The notes under the pieces: model-generated
What the model saw: only the letters and a program-made list of their open reading frames with translations
Told to the model about the DNA's origin: nothing
Databases searched by the model: none
DNA from: Paraspadella gotoi
Taxonomy: Eukaryota; Animalia; Chaetognatha
Reading direction: 5' to 3'
Assembly: GCA_051294375.1 (NCBI GenBank)
Contig: CM119263.1
Span: 13,842,414 to 13,906,413 of the forward strand
DNA length: 64,000 nucleotides
Part shown: positions 26,965 to 46,165 of the stretch, one piece after another
Position numbering within the stretch: the first letter of the stretch is position 1
How the letters are laid out: the number at the start of each line of letters is the position of its first letter
Translations under genes and position numbers: made by a program

Positions 26965-28425
26965 TCTAGTCTCTGTCTCTCCTCTCTCTCTCTCTCTTCT
27001 CTCTCTCATCTCTCTCTCTAATCTCTCTCTCTCTCTCTCTCTCTCCATCACACTCTCTCTAATAATTTTAAAATTACAAAGTTTATGCCACGCTTTCCCA
27101 ATGGTTCTCTTTACTGATCTTATAAGAGAAAAAAAATTTAAGCAAAGAACGCGCGTGCATCGCGCTGGCATCTCGCATCGAGCTCGCCCGGAAGTGGAAC
27201 TCTGGAGTTGTCGTCCACGTCGTCGTCGTTATTGTCCGCTCAGCCGTGTCGTCAGCAAATTCCGTCACAAAGTTTTGACGTCAGAGAAGCGAGTCTACGT
27301 CGGCGTCGTCGTCGTTTTCGTATTCCCTTCATCGTCGCGTGACTTCCGGTTTTCCGTCGCGAATCTCCTCCCCTCCCAACTCCCCTATTCCGGTCGGGCA
27401 AAGAGCTTTATCGGTTTTTAAAAAAAAGGTTATTAACATAAAAACGATTTAAATTTACTAACTTAAATTGCATTATTATTAGATAATTACTTAACAACTT
27501 GAATAAAGCTTTTTCAAATACAATGACAATTAAAACCAGGATAAGTTTTTTTTAAATTAAAATGAAAAAAGGGATGCGTTCCAAATTGTAGCAAAATTAA
27601 AAAGTAGGAATACTTATTTTTTTTAAAAAAGAAATGTTCCAGAGGTTAAAATCCTCCTCCAAAAATTTGCATGTTTTTTATCGTAATTAAAAAAAAATAA
27701 ATATATTTGTTTTAAACGAAGTTAATAAAGATAAAGACGGGGCCTACCCTACCCTACCCTCTTTCGTTACCTACCCCCACTTCCTTCCTTCCTTCCGTTC
27801 TACCTTCCGGAATTCCTGCCCCCGATAAAAAAAATACTTTCACTCCTTCACTCTTCCCCGCCATTCGACACTCCTTTTTTCTCAGGCAAGAATTACCGCT
27901 TTTCCTTTTTTGGTTTTTTGGTTCTTTGGTTCTATGAATCTAGGAATCTATGAATCAATTAAACTACTAAACAATATAGAAAAGCATTGTAAAATCTAAA
28001 AGTATGCCTAATAATAAAACAGTACAAAAATCAAATTGACTTAAAATGATTTACTACTATATGCAAATTAGATTGATGAAATCTCAATCTCATTTAGTAT
28101 TATTCTAAGAATCTATCTTTGACATATTTATATTGGTTGTACCAATTTCTTTTGCTCAAGAAGAAACAAGTTTTGTCGTCACTGAGATCCCGTTTTAGAA
28201 CATATATAAAGGCGCCCGGGCGAGTTTTCTCAACCTGTCTTTCCGTTTTGTCCGTCTTTTCTCACAGAGAATTCTTCTTTTTTTTCTTTTTTTTTACCTT
28301 GGTTTTGGTTTTGGTTTTGGTTTTGGTTTTTGTTACTTGTTAATAATTAACTTTCTATATTAAACACCACCCGGGTTCCAAAGAAAAGAAAGTTATAAAA
28401 ATAATAAGCAGCTTCTACGATTTAG

Positions 28426-28610
28426 TTACGTCACATCTCGCATCGGCGAAGAGGCTCGTCAGCATTTCGTGACGTCACGATGCTGACTAGGCTTGTCATT
28501 GGTGCGAGGACACAACGTGACGCCGAGACCGGCCTTTGATTGGCCGGATTCCTAAGCAATGCAAAGCCAAACAGGAGCGATGACGTCGAAGTGACGATTC
28601 ATTCATAAAA
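28426..28610 (+). promoter_or_regulatory. Putative egr promoter: CRE/ATF cluster, CCAAT boxes and a TATA-like box
   Basis: TTACGTCA 28426, TGACGTCA 28470, TGACGCC 28518, TGACGTCG 28581, ATTGG 28498 and 28539, CATAAAA 28604. It lies upstream of egr and faces it. Confidence 0.55.
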
Positions 28611-30489
28611 TTCAAGCCGCGCCGACGCGGCAGAGCTGCGAAAGAATGTACTAGAGAGAGTTTTAGAACACAAGCAGAGATATATTTTTTTTTCTTTCAC
28701 TAGATTCGCGCGCGCAGAGCGAGAGCGAGAGAGATGTGGCTTCGATGTACAGATTATATATTCTTGAATATATATAAATTCAACAAGCTTTAATTTACGC
28801 AAACACATAATCAATATCAAAAATAAATATCTTGATTTTCTTCTTCGCAACTTCGTTTATAAGAGGACTACTCAAAAATCGTCATCATCGCCGTCATCAA
28901 GTTATTACGTCAAATTTTTTTTTCCGCGTCAATATTTTAAATATTTTCTTTCAAACGTCAAAAATATTGAGTCACGTCTGATTTCTTACAAAATGAATTG
29001 GATCATTACATGCTTAAAAAATTTTGAAGGAAAATTGTAGTCAATTTTGGAAGGAAACCAGAGCGAAAATCAAATACTGACATTGTCATCATTGTTTAAA
29101 TTCCTTCAAGTTCAAGGCACGCATTGATCTTCGCTTTACTGGGACCAAAATGAGAGAAGGTTCGACCTCCTCACTCCCATTACCTCCGTAACTAAACGCT
29201 TCTCAATTTTCCCTCCCGTCGTCGTCGTCCCTGGTTACTCCATACGTTTGCTTAACCTGAACCGTGGTTTTTCTCTGTCGTCGTCATAGACGTCGTCGTC
29301 GTCGTTGCCATCGCCTGGCGACAACGTCAGAGCCAAGCCACGTGCTCGCGAGCGTCTGGTAAACGAGAGAGCGAGAGAGAGGGATAAGGACAGAGACAGC
29401 GTGAGAAAGCGGTAGTGAAATCGAGAAGTCGACGAGCTCCCTTCGTCGGCGCCGTGGAAATTAAGGAGGAGGCGCCGCATGCAATGAGTCTCCGACTTCC
29501 GGTGCCGCGTATTAACCGGAAATCGGCGACGCCACCCTGGGCGCCAGTTCCACGCGCGCGTGTTGACCCTCTCGTGGGAAAACGCGCCAATCGTCTCTTG
29601 ATACCATCAACTAAACGATTTTCTTTGTTATAAATTTTAATTCTTTTTTATTGGAGCTTGAAACAAGGTCAAACAATCCAACTCGCATGAAAAATAATAA
29701 TAATTTAAAAAAAAACAACACAAAAACGCTACAATTTTGCTTCTTAAGAGAAAACCTATCTAACTTGAAGACTTCAACAATAATAACCAATTTTTGCTAC
29801 AAAAAATACCCTGCACTGAAAAAGACTTCAACTGATATTTAAAAAGTGTCATTATTTTGAAGCACCAACCAATAATAAAAAAATAAAAAAGTGTATAATT
29901 AAACAAAAAATTTAAAAAAAAACAGGCGAGTGGCCTGATTTTGTCGGCCAGATGCTTGCGTCGACCCGATATTCTCAAGATGACAATGACTGACAACATC
30001 ACTCAAACGCTTCTGCTATACCTTCCGCAACCGAGAGAGCGCGTCACCGATGAATTTAACGGTAAGACTAAGAGTGATCATTTCTCGATCATCTCTAGTC
30101 AATTGTCTCGGCCCTTTGTTTTTAGTGGCGCCGCGAGTTCTCGCGAAACATCTCAATAAGTCCCTTTTGAATGAAATAATGAAATACTGAATCATTTAGT
30201 TAATAATTGGTATGTCATATGGTACGACATATTTTTATATTAATTAATATGTTTAATACTTGTGTTGTCACGTGACTATTTGAACATCCGAGCACGTGTA
30301 AAGAATAGTCAATGCTTGGGATAGCTGTTCCAATTCATCTTCTTTTGTTCGGTGAATATCAATTTTGTATAGTTTATGTTTAAGGTAAAGGTAATTCATA
30401 TTTTGTCTATAGCAATTATCACTTTAAAATGGCGACCCCTTTGCCTAGAAGAGAAAAATCAAGAAAGATTTAAAGAAAGAAAGTGAAAA

Positions 30490-30563
30490 AAAAGAAAGAA
30501 AGAAAGAAAGAAAGAAAGAGAGAAAGAAAGAAAGAAAGAGAGAAAGAATGAAAGAAAGAAAAA

Positions 30564-30618
<55 letters not shown>
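30490..30618. repeat. (AAAG)n microsatellite
   Basis: Direct inspection. Confidence 0.95.
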
Positions 30619-30734
30619 CATAAAAGGAAGGAAAGAATGAATGAATGAATTATTGAATGGGTTAATCAGGAAGGTAATAAAGCTAGCGACGAATATATTT
30701 CAAACGTATAAAAAGTAACTCAACTTCCGTTCAG

Positions 30735-31148
30735 ATTCTTTCGATCTAAAGATTCTGACTCCGCCATCCGACAAACCGATCGACAAGTGACTTCGGGATC
30801 GACTCCTCCACCGAAATCCTGGCGTCACGAGAAAAGAAGAAGACGCCCGTGGCCGAGACTTTGACGACGACGACGACGACGACGGTCGCGACGCCGAATT
30901 CGCGCTTTCGACGCTCGAGGCCGGCGTGGAACTGACCGAGGCTTTGGACGACGAAAACGCTGGCGCACTTCCTCATGAAAACGGCGTCGGATACTATGCT
31001 GGGCGGTGGGGATTCCGGTCCTCGACGCTGCCGCGTTTTGGCGACGCGGCGAGGCGAAGCGCTGCGGAGGTCTTCGACGCCGACGTGGCCGACGTCGGCA
31101 ACTTCAGCATCTTCGAGGACGACGTCGAGGAGGGAGTCGTCGCTTTCG
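30735..31148 (+). other. Probable upstream exon of egr with an acidic open frame and no in-frame ATG
   Basis: Acceptor cttccgttcag (30734) and strong donor G|GTGAGT (31149). A phase-1 join to exon 39582 gives continuous ...FEDDVEEGVVAF-G-DVASNIEAFESVMFSGDDDEDDEE. In-frame TGA at 30788-30790. Confidence 0.6.
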
Positions 31149-32489
31149 GTGAGTCAACGGCTTTCGAGATGGACTCAGTCTTAACTAAAAAATGATTGAA
31201 CTATCCAAAGTCGTACTAGTGAATATGATAATAATGATTAAATAAAACCTTGGAATATAACGGGATATGGAAGACAGAAACTAATATAAAAATTTATTAA
31301 ATATCAGTATTTTTTTTTAATCTCAGCTCAGTTATAAATTCGTTAATTATTCTCAATATTTTATTAAATATGGCTCTAATATTTTACATAGTACTATAAA
31401 ATTTCTTACCAAATGAGGTAAAGCAATAATCCTGGGATGAGAAAAAGTACAAACAATGTAAAATGTACATGAAGCATTAATGCATTTTTTATATTTAATT
31501 GTCGTCCTAATTTTTTTCATCCGAAATCTTTTACTTATTTTCGATTTAGAATCTCTTAAAATTCAGCTCAAGAGTCTCTCTCTCTTCTCTTTCTTCTCTC
31601 TCTTCTCTCTCTTCTTTCTCTTTTCCTCTCTCCCTCCCTCTCATTTTTTTCTGTATTTCTCTTTATTTTTTGAATCTGTCTCTCCCCTTTTTTTTTCTCT
31701 CTCTCTCTCCTCACATAGATGATATATAGATGATCATCTCTCTCTCTATTCCACTCTCTAATCAGTATAGCTATAGCTATTGCTATCTCAACCGAATTTA
31801 CTACTAAGTTAGAAATTTAACTTCGTGAAATAACTAGGTGAAACCTTAAATCGTCATTATCCAAATTTCCATCCCAAAGAAAATCGTTATCAACATCGTT
31901 GCGAGTTTAATCACTCATCGTTATCATCGTCATCGTCTTCATCGTCTTCTTCATGTTCTTCCTTATCATTGCCGGTGTACCGAAATCATCTGGACTTCAT
32001 CGCTCGCATATTTTCTGTTCGTCGGATGAACACAAATTGTTTTGGTAAAACCATCAAGAAAATTAAAAATAATCGAATTTTGAAACTTGAAAATCGAACA
32101 TCTCTCAAACGATAGTCAAATGTATGAGGGAGAGAGAGAGATGGAAAACGCCATCCATTTCTTTTCTCTTTTTTATCTTTTTTAAAAATGTTATTTTATT
32201 TTAAATTCGGATGAATCGTGGTTGCGTTCATTTCGGCCTTTCATCGTAAAACAAAACGATCCTTATTTTTATTAGCTCTCTCTTCTCTCTCTCTCTCTCT
32301 CTGTTTATCTCTCTCTCTGTCACTCATTTTTTTCATTTCTTTTTCATTATATTTTACTTTAAATATACTTCTTTAAATATACTATTAATTTTTAATTTTG
32401 TGGCGTCTTGCTAACCACTTAGGCATCTGAAAAATGTCACTACGAACAGCAATTCTGATCATATTACTTTTTAAAAATAAGCTTGTAGA

Positions 32490-32970
32490 ATAATATATGA
32501 AAATTGCAAAATTTCTTGTTCTGTGGATGAGGCGCTAAGTGGGCTGAAGATGACTATCCGCAACTACTTTAACCCCTCGAGCATCCATGGAAAGGGTCCT
32601 GGGCTTGGAACCAGGGTTGAGGGTTTTCCAGGCCCCCAAGGCGGTTTACGGCGGTCCTCACTCCTTAAGCTTCCCGCATGCAGGGTAGGTTCCGGGTTGC
32701 GATTGAACCCGGTACCTAGTGGTCATGAGCTGATGGCTTTACTCAATGAGCCACAACTGAAGGTGTCATGCTTATAGGTGGGGTTAACTTAGGCCCGACT
32801 ACAGTTTCACTATTTTAAGTTTTAGATTTTAAAATATTCATTAAATTTTTTTTTTTTTATTAATTTTTGTTTGAGATAATCTGAAAAAAATGTATTATTA
32901 ATGGGAGAGGGCTGTTAGTGTTGTCTTCTGGAAATAGAGGGAGTATCTATCTATACAACACATTTTTGAA
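32490..32970 (-). repeat. Dispersed repeat family A, inverted and interrupted copy
   Basis: Reverse complement of ~36670-36900, e.g. CTATTTCCAGAAGACAACACTAACA.CCCTCTCCCATTAAT. Confidence 0.85.
32521..32804 (-). mobile_element. ~283-bp GC-rich insertion with a tRNA-derived (SINE-like) core and imperfect terminal inverted repeats, inside a family-A repeat
   Basis: Interrupts CTTGTT|TCACTAT, which is contiguous in the 36865-36880 copy (reverse complement). Minus strand has A-box-like TGGCTCATTGAG and B-box-like GGTTCAATC. Left end CTGTGGATGAGGCGCTAAGT versus reverse-complemented right end CTGTAGTCGGGCCTAAGT. Confidence 0.6.
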
Positions 32971-35900
32971 GGAGGAAAGCCTTAAAACTTTTGCTCCAAA
33001 TTAACTCAGCTACTGTAGAGGAAAGGGGGAGAAAAAGGAAAAGAGAACCAAAAAGGAAAAAAGTGAAAAAAAAAATGAGAATTATAAATGTTGCCTATAT
33101 TATCTTGATCCTGACTGCGTCAGTACAAAGCATCTATCTCGTCCATTTCTGGATTTAAGAAGTTACCTCTTATTTTCCTCTCTCTCTTTTTTTAAACTTT
33201 TTCTTTTTTATTTGGTTCCCCTTTTTTATTGCCCGTTTGTCAATCTTTCTCGCTTTCTTTCTCTAACTTTTTAGTCTTGCTCCCTATTTCTTTCTCATTT
33301 TGTCTAAATCTCAAACTGATTCTGTTTTTGTGCTCTAACTTACTTACTTCTATGTATTTTGTGAACTTACGTACATAAAGAGAAATGGTTAAAGAACCAA
33401 AAAAGAGAATGGTGAGATAAATGATAGAGAGAAGAGAGAAGAGAAGAGAAGAAAAGAGAAGAAAAGATAGGGGAACAAGATAACAATTTGGTATGGAGAC
33501 AAGTATGCCAAAAAGACCACTGGCAAATTTGTTTTATTTGAGCGTTTGTCTGCTGTTGCTGACCAAAAGATGCGGCCAATTATAGAAAAGCCGACAGATA
33601 ATGTCTAGCCTCTTAATTATTGCATCCTAAATCAAAGCTTTTCGGCTTTCATATTATTATATCATAACTTAAACATCTTTTTATGCCTACCAGGAACTGA
33701 AATCTGTTGTTTTCTTAAGGATCGGTTGGCCTAGTATGTTACTTAATTGTAAAAAGTGGGACGACATTTTTTTATAACGATAACGACCATAATATCTAAA
33801 TAATATCACGAGTTAAGAATGTAAAATAAATTTCATGCTGCTAGCCATATGGCAACAATTAGGACGCCATGGGTAATTATTTTGAAGGCTGTTGACAAAC
33901 AAATAGGCATGAAGAACAACAATCGATAACTATGACGACACTGACGATTTCTTAGGCTAAACGATTTAACATTTCGGATGTTGCACAGTTGCTTGGGTTT
34001 AAAAACAAAACTTGATTGTAAATTTCATAAATATACCCATCACTTAAGGTTAGAACTTTTTGAAAAAAAAAGGATAATATCTATAAAGATTAAAATTGTT
34101 CGTGCTTTCTCTATTCTATACGTTTATTTTTTTTAGGGGGGGGTGAAAATTATTTGTTAAGTTTAAATATGGATTATATTTTATATCAGACCATTACTTT
34201 CAAAAGAGAGAGTTAAAAGAGAAAATATTTTTAAAAAAACGACAGGTGAGACTGAGAGAAAGTTCGTGTACGAAACGTCTCCTTGCGAAATTTACGATAT
34301 AATCCCTTCGCAGAATGGGCGAACCTATATTAATCGAGAATTTCTTACAACGTCGTAAATATCACGTAATCATCGTCATCACATCTGTCACCGTCATCGT
34401 CGGATTCCCCTCGGCTCGCACCCGGTCGAAGCCCTGATAACAAGGCGATAAAGGGGAGAATCACGCGGAGGGAGAGCGAGAGAGAAAGAGAGATAGAGAG
34501 AGAGAGAGAGGCGATGGCTTCGAGGATGGAGAATCACGCATCGTCGATCCGGTCTTCGTCTTTCCTCCAATCCAGTTCACGTTTGATGGGAAAAAAATCA
34601 GATCCGAAAAAGTTTTTTTTCGCCTCAAATATTTTTACATTTACGTTTACATTCATGTCAAAAGTAGTGAGATTGGATAATACGATCCTAGTCCTCCTCT
34701 TACGCATTTTTTTACTGTGACGTTGTTTCTTCTTAGAATGTAATTAAAGACTACAAACCTTATTTTTATCCGCTACAAACCTATTAGTTAAATATATTAA
34801 AGGAAGTCACCAGTTCTCGAATATCAAATCGTTCACTTATATAACACGAAAACCAGGTTTTCCACTATGTATGTATATTGTACATTGTACAATATACAAT
34901 ATACTATTGTACAATGTACAGGAACATGACATTTAAAAAAAAAGGGATCGTTCACCGGTCTCATCCGGGAAAGGATCCTTCGTGGTTTTAAAAAACCGTC
35001 ATCTCTTTCCGAACTGCGCATCACATTTTTAATTTCACTTCACTTCTGGGCAACTGTTCCTTTTTTCCTTCTCGAAAAATCGAAAGAGGATTCGATTTTG
35101 AATTCGAAGTAGTAATGATTCTCTCGATTTTAAAAAAAGAGAACCACACGGCTAAAAATTTTGAAAAAAAAAAAGTTTCGAGTGGCAAACCTGAAGAAAG
35201 TTTTTATCCCTTTACCTCTTCTTTCTTTTTTTTCCCCCTTCTTTATCTTCTTTTTTTTCGCATTCTTTTTCTTCTTCTTCTTCTCCTTTTTTTTTCTCTT
35301 ATTTTTCTTCTAATCCCTTCCATCTTTTTCTCGATTTTTCCGCCCCCGCGTCTGTCGATCAGACTATCCACGTTTCAACACGTTTCTCGATTGATTTAAT
35401 TCTGCATCTTTGCCTTTCGCCACAACAACAATCACTGTCGAGCAGCGTCCAATCCTGTTTCTCCAAACGTCATGAGCCGAAGAACACAATAATTATAAAG
35501 TGTTCAATAATTGTTCTATTGCTGGCTGCTAACTGAAAATGCATGAATATCCACGGAACTACTGGTGAAGTGAATCTGTGATCTCTGACGCCTTTTCTCA
35601 CCTACTGCCTATATACAGGTGTTAACGCGGCGTACCATTCAGTTTTTTTTTGTTTTTTTTATTCGACGCTCGAAAAAAGCTTTCTTTAAGCCCGAGGGAG
35701 AGAAAAAGAATTAAAATAAAAAACCCTAAGAAAAAAAATTCCGTCGATGAAAGAAATCCTATTTTTTAAAGTTTTTCTCCGCCAGAGGGTTAATGTTCGA
35801 GATCCTAGGGATACTTTATATATTCTTACAAAGTTTGTTCTGTGAGCGTGTGAGAGCGAAAAAAATGCGATTGCTCTACTTTGACTCTTTGGGTTCTGGC

Positions 35901-36359
35901 CTTGAGAGTTCCTTTTTTTTTTCCTCTTTTTCCTGTTTCCTTTATTTTAAAAAAATCTAACGATTAAATTTTTTTTACCCTTGCGTCAGCCGTATAGGTC
36001 TATGATCATTTTTCAATGTTCATATGTTTTAGATAAAAGACTCACTCTATAAGAAGTTAATATTTTTGTTAATTTGTCAATGACCTGCATCCTCCCATAA
36101 AAATTACTTTGAGTCGCAAATTTAAGTTCTTCTAAGACTGAAAGTCATACGAACATCACATAACATAATTAAAAAAATAACATAAAAATAGTCATATAAT
36201 ATTGGAAGGATCACCATTTGTGTGAAGGCTCGCCTGTACCTGGATATTGGGATTAAAGAGTCGAAATCCATGAAGTGAATAGGTCCCAACTGATGTGATG
36301 ATCTTTTTATCGTTAAAATATACATTAATTTAAAGTTTTAAACAGAGAAAAAAAATATA

Positions 36360-36900
36360 TTGGTTGTACCAATTTTATATATATAATAAAAAATTTAATA
36401 TAATAATTAAAAATTACATTTAAAATATAAATGTGCCCCTATAAAAAATTTTCCCCAGTATGTATCCCTATCTGAGCATACGAGTCTATCTTATCCTTAA
36501 GAAAATTTTTAAAAATTTAAAAATCCAACATAACCTTAGTCACCCAAAAAATGACCCCTTCCACCCCATTCTGTTCAGCTTTTTAAATATTATGAGGTTC
36601 TCATTAATGATTTTCTTACAAAAATGATGTGTGATATCTATTTAGAAAACTAAAGCAGGAAGTAATATAACATTGTGTTGTATAGAATGCTATTTCCAGA
36701 AGACAACACTAACAACCCTCTCCCATTAATCATATAATATTTTCTGATTTAGATTATCAAAAACCAAAATTAAAAAAAAAATAATAATAATAATAATAAA
36801 AAATAATAATAATATAATATATAATTTTAATGAATATTATAAAATCTAATACTTAAAAATTTAAAATAGTGAAACAAGTAATTTTGCAATTTTCATAACC
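36360..36900 (+). repeat. Dispersed repeat family A, longest copy
   Basis: Shares blocks with 22930-23250 and 32490-32970 (reverse complement); begins near a TTGGTTGTACCAA palindrome. Confidence 0.8.
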
Positions 36901-38744
36901 ATATATAACCATTAGATAATACATCTTACATAACCATTAAATCACATAATCTTACCTTAACACAAAAATATTTTATATCATAAATAATAGTTATTTTAAA
37001 TTAAAAAAACTAAAATAATAAAAACAAAAATTAAAAAAAATAAATAAATAAATAAAAAAAATAAAGATAGTGAAACAAGTAACTTTTTAACTTTTATAAT
37101 GATTAAGAGTTTCTTTTCCTTGCCATGAAATGCCAAAAGTATAATATAATGTATTATATAATTGTGGATAAGGCAGATTTCATATGTTTTACGCTTTGTT
37201 CAGTAAATAGGTACACAAAACGAGGTAAATTACTTCACTCTCTCTCAATCTCTCTTTCTCTTTCTCTTTCTCTCCGTTTTTTTCCTGGGTCCCTGGGCCC
37301 GCGTCTCACTGTGCTGCGGCGGCGGCGTCGACGGCGGCGAAATTTACTTCGTTCTGCGCAAACTTCATCCAGAACAGAGTCCTGCCACAAAAAACATCGA
37401 CTTAAAACTTTTTTAGCTTTTTTCCCCAGAAATATTAACTCGTTTTTATTACTTTTCTTGAAAAAAAATTCAGTGACGAAATAAGGAATTTTTTTTAGAA
37501 TCTTCAGCACGTCGAATTGTGTTTCAAACCTTTTCAGTGTATACGTAATATATTTAAAATCAGAAAGAATCAACTTTCGAATTGTGGACCATAAACAGTC
37601 GAGCAACTGTTAATAACATTTTAAAATAAAAAATTGTTTTTCATTGGCCCATATCTATATATACTTTTATACTAACCTTTAGTAATGTCAAAATTTCAAA
37701 ATTGCTTTTTGTTAATTATGAAAGCAGATTTGCATTCCGCGTGATGAGTTGATGAACAGAATTCAACTCTTTTTAAAAAACTAATTCATTAAGTGGGTAA
37801 AAATCTAAAAATGAAAAATAAAGTTTTTTTTAATTTTTAACCAAATTAAAGAATTAATAATTTAATGAAAATTTTCAAATTACTTGTTTCACTATTTTTT
37901 ATTTTTTATTTTTATATTTTATGAAAGATTTACCATTTAATCTATATCCTTTAAATATATATATATTGCTTTCTTAAAAATTTTTTACTTATCATTATAT
38001 CTAATAACTCATTTTGGGAATGGGAAGTCAGTGTTTTTAAAAGACTGATAATTTCTTATACCAACATTTTGTGATAAAGTCATTTCCAGCTTCTTAAATA
38101 AGAAAATTCCCTACAAATAAATGTTTGTTGCCTACAAGAATATCGAACTGTTTTTAGTAAATTGCTAATGCGAATCTAAACTTGAGATCACGTTGGCTTC
38201 AAATTCTTTTTTTCGCTTCTAAAAAGCAAGACTTCAAAAATAATAGGGGGTGACAAAGGCTCTTGTGCAGTGGTAGGCTCATTAAAAGTCCGATCGGCTT
38301 ACTGAGAAGTTTTCAGTTTAAACTATTTTGGCAGAACTATTCTTGCAGAACTATTCTTGCACGAGGGATTTAGTCAATCTTTTGTCTCTATTCAGTATCA
38401 TGTGCTTTTTTAGCGAAAGCGTGATCGCGCTGAGGAGAAACGTTTCTCTTGCGAACCTACATTTCTCTATTTATGAATTCCTCGAGTTTTATCTTTAATT
38501 TCTCAAAAGAAATGCCAAATTTGATTTTACGAATTAGAATTAGAATCTTTATTAATATTCGACGTACATCTTTCAATAATCACAAAAGCAACCTAAAAGA
38601 GAAGTCAAAACATAAAAAGTTCGATTTTCTAAAAGTGACGTCATTGGCGTCGATTGACGTCTATTTCTTTCATCAGTTGTCGATATAAACTAAATAGGAC
38701 AATCGAAGTCATAATGCCCGTCAGCGCGTTCCTCTATCTCATCT

Positions 38745-39064
<320 letters not shown>

Positions 39065-39619
39065 TGCAATTCATCTCTCTCACTTCATTTTTACTTTTCC
39101 CCACGTAGTGATTTTATGTCGTCTCCGTTCGGTTGCCGAAAAACTAAAAAAATATTCTAAGACGATTAACGATTTAAATTTAATCGAGAATAATTGACCG
39201 ATTTTAAAATTATTTTGCTGATTGTTCAACTCGATGCCCGACAAAGTCGTCAAAAATGTCGCTGCGGATCGATTTACTTTCGCCTTCTCTTTAACGTCGC
39301 TTCCGAAACATAAAACTCGATACGTTCTCAAGTTGACGATGACGTCGGCGCTGACGACAAACCTTCATTCCTTCGATATCTTTCATTCCTATTCTTATTA
39401 TATTATTGGACTCAAATTTTATATGGGCCTCCTGTAAGTTTCTTTAATAATTAATCATTAGTTCGTTCGTTCGTACTTTGCACCATGGTTTTTTTCAAAC
39501 CTTCGTTGTTTCCCTATTAGTTTTTTTAGTTTCCTTCGATCGTTCTTTCGTTCCATTCATCTTGTCCGATTTTTTTCTCAGGAGACGTCGCGTCGAACAT
39601 CGAGGCCTTCGAGTCTGTT

Positions 39620-45697
<6,078 letters not shown>

Positions 45698-46165
45698 CAC
45701 TATTAAATGAGCCGTCAAATTAAATTATTGAGTTTCATTACAAATGTAAAATAAAGATTTTCCATTTTCACACTTATTGATGTTTAAATAATATTTTATA
45801 GTCCATGTAAAAAGAGATTCAAGAAGAATGGAAGTTTTAATTTCCATTTTTTAATTTAAAAAACTCTTAATTACACGTAAAGAAACTCACAAAACAAATA
45901 CTTTTCGGGGATATTTTCGCGTGACTTTTATGATTATATTTATATTTATATATATATATTTGTGGATATTTATATATTTATATTTATGATTATATAAGTG
46001 ACCGTATATATTTTTAACGTCGCCGTCGCAGTCCTGTGCAAAAAAAAGAGGCCACTCTAAAACATCAAAAATGAATCATGTTAGATTCGTTTCTTCCTAC
46101 TTTTTTAAAAGTAACTATTCAAACAGAGAGGTGGATATTATTATTGTTAATATCTTAATAAATAC
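45698..46165 (+). promoter_or_regulatory. egr 3'UTR with AU-rich elements and poly(A) signals
   Basis: AATAAA at ~45750 and ~46157; clustered ATTTA pentamers at ~45854 and 45938-45990. Confidence 0.55.

Noticed and set aside
28299-28330. (TTTTGG)n as interstitial telomeric sequence
   Set aside because: Only about five units and not a typical animal telomere repeat; treated as a microsatellite.
32690-32760. tRNA-Met gene on the minus strand
   Set aside because: Anticodon and acceptor stems do not pair properly; only degenerate A/B boxes remain, inside an insertion.
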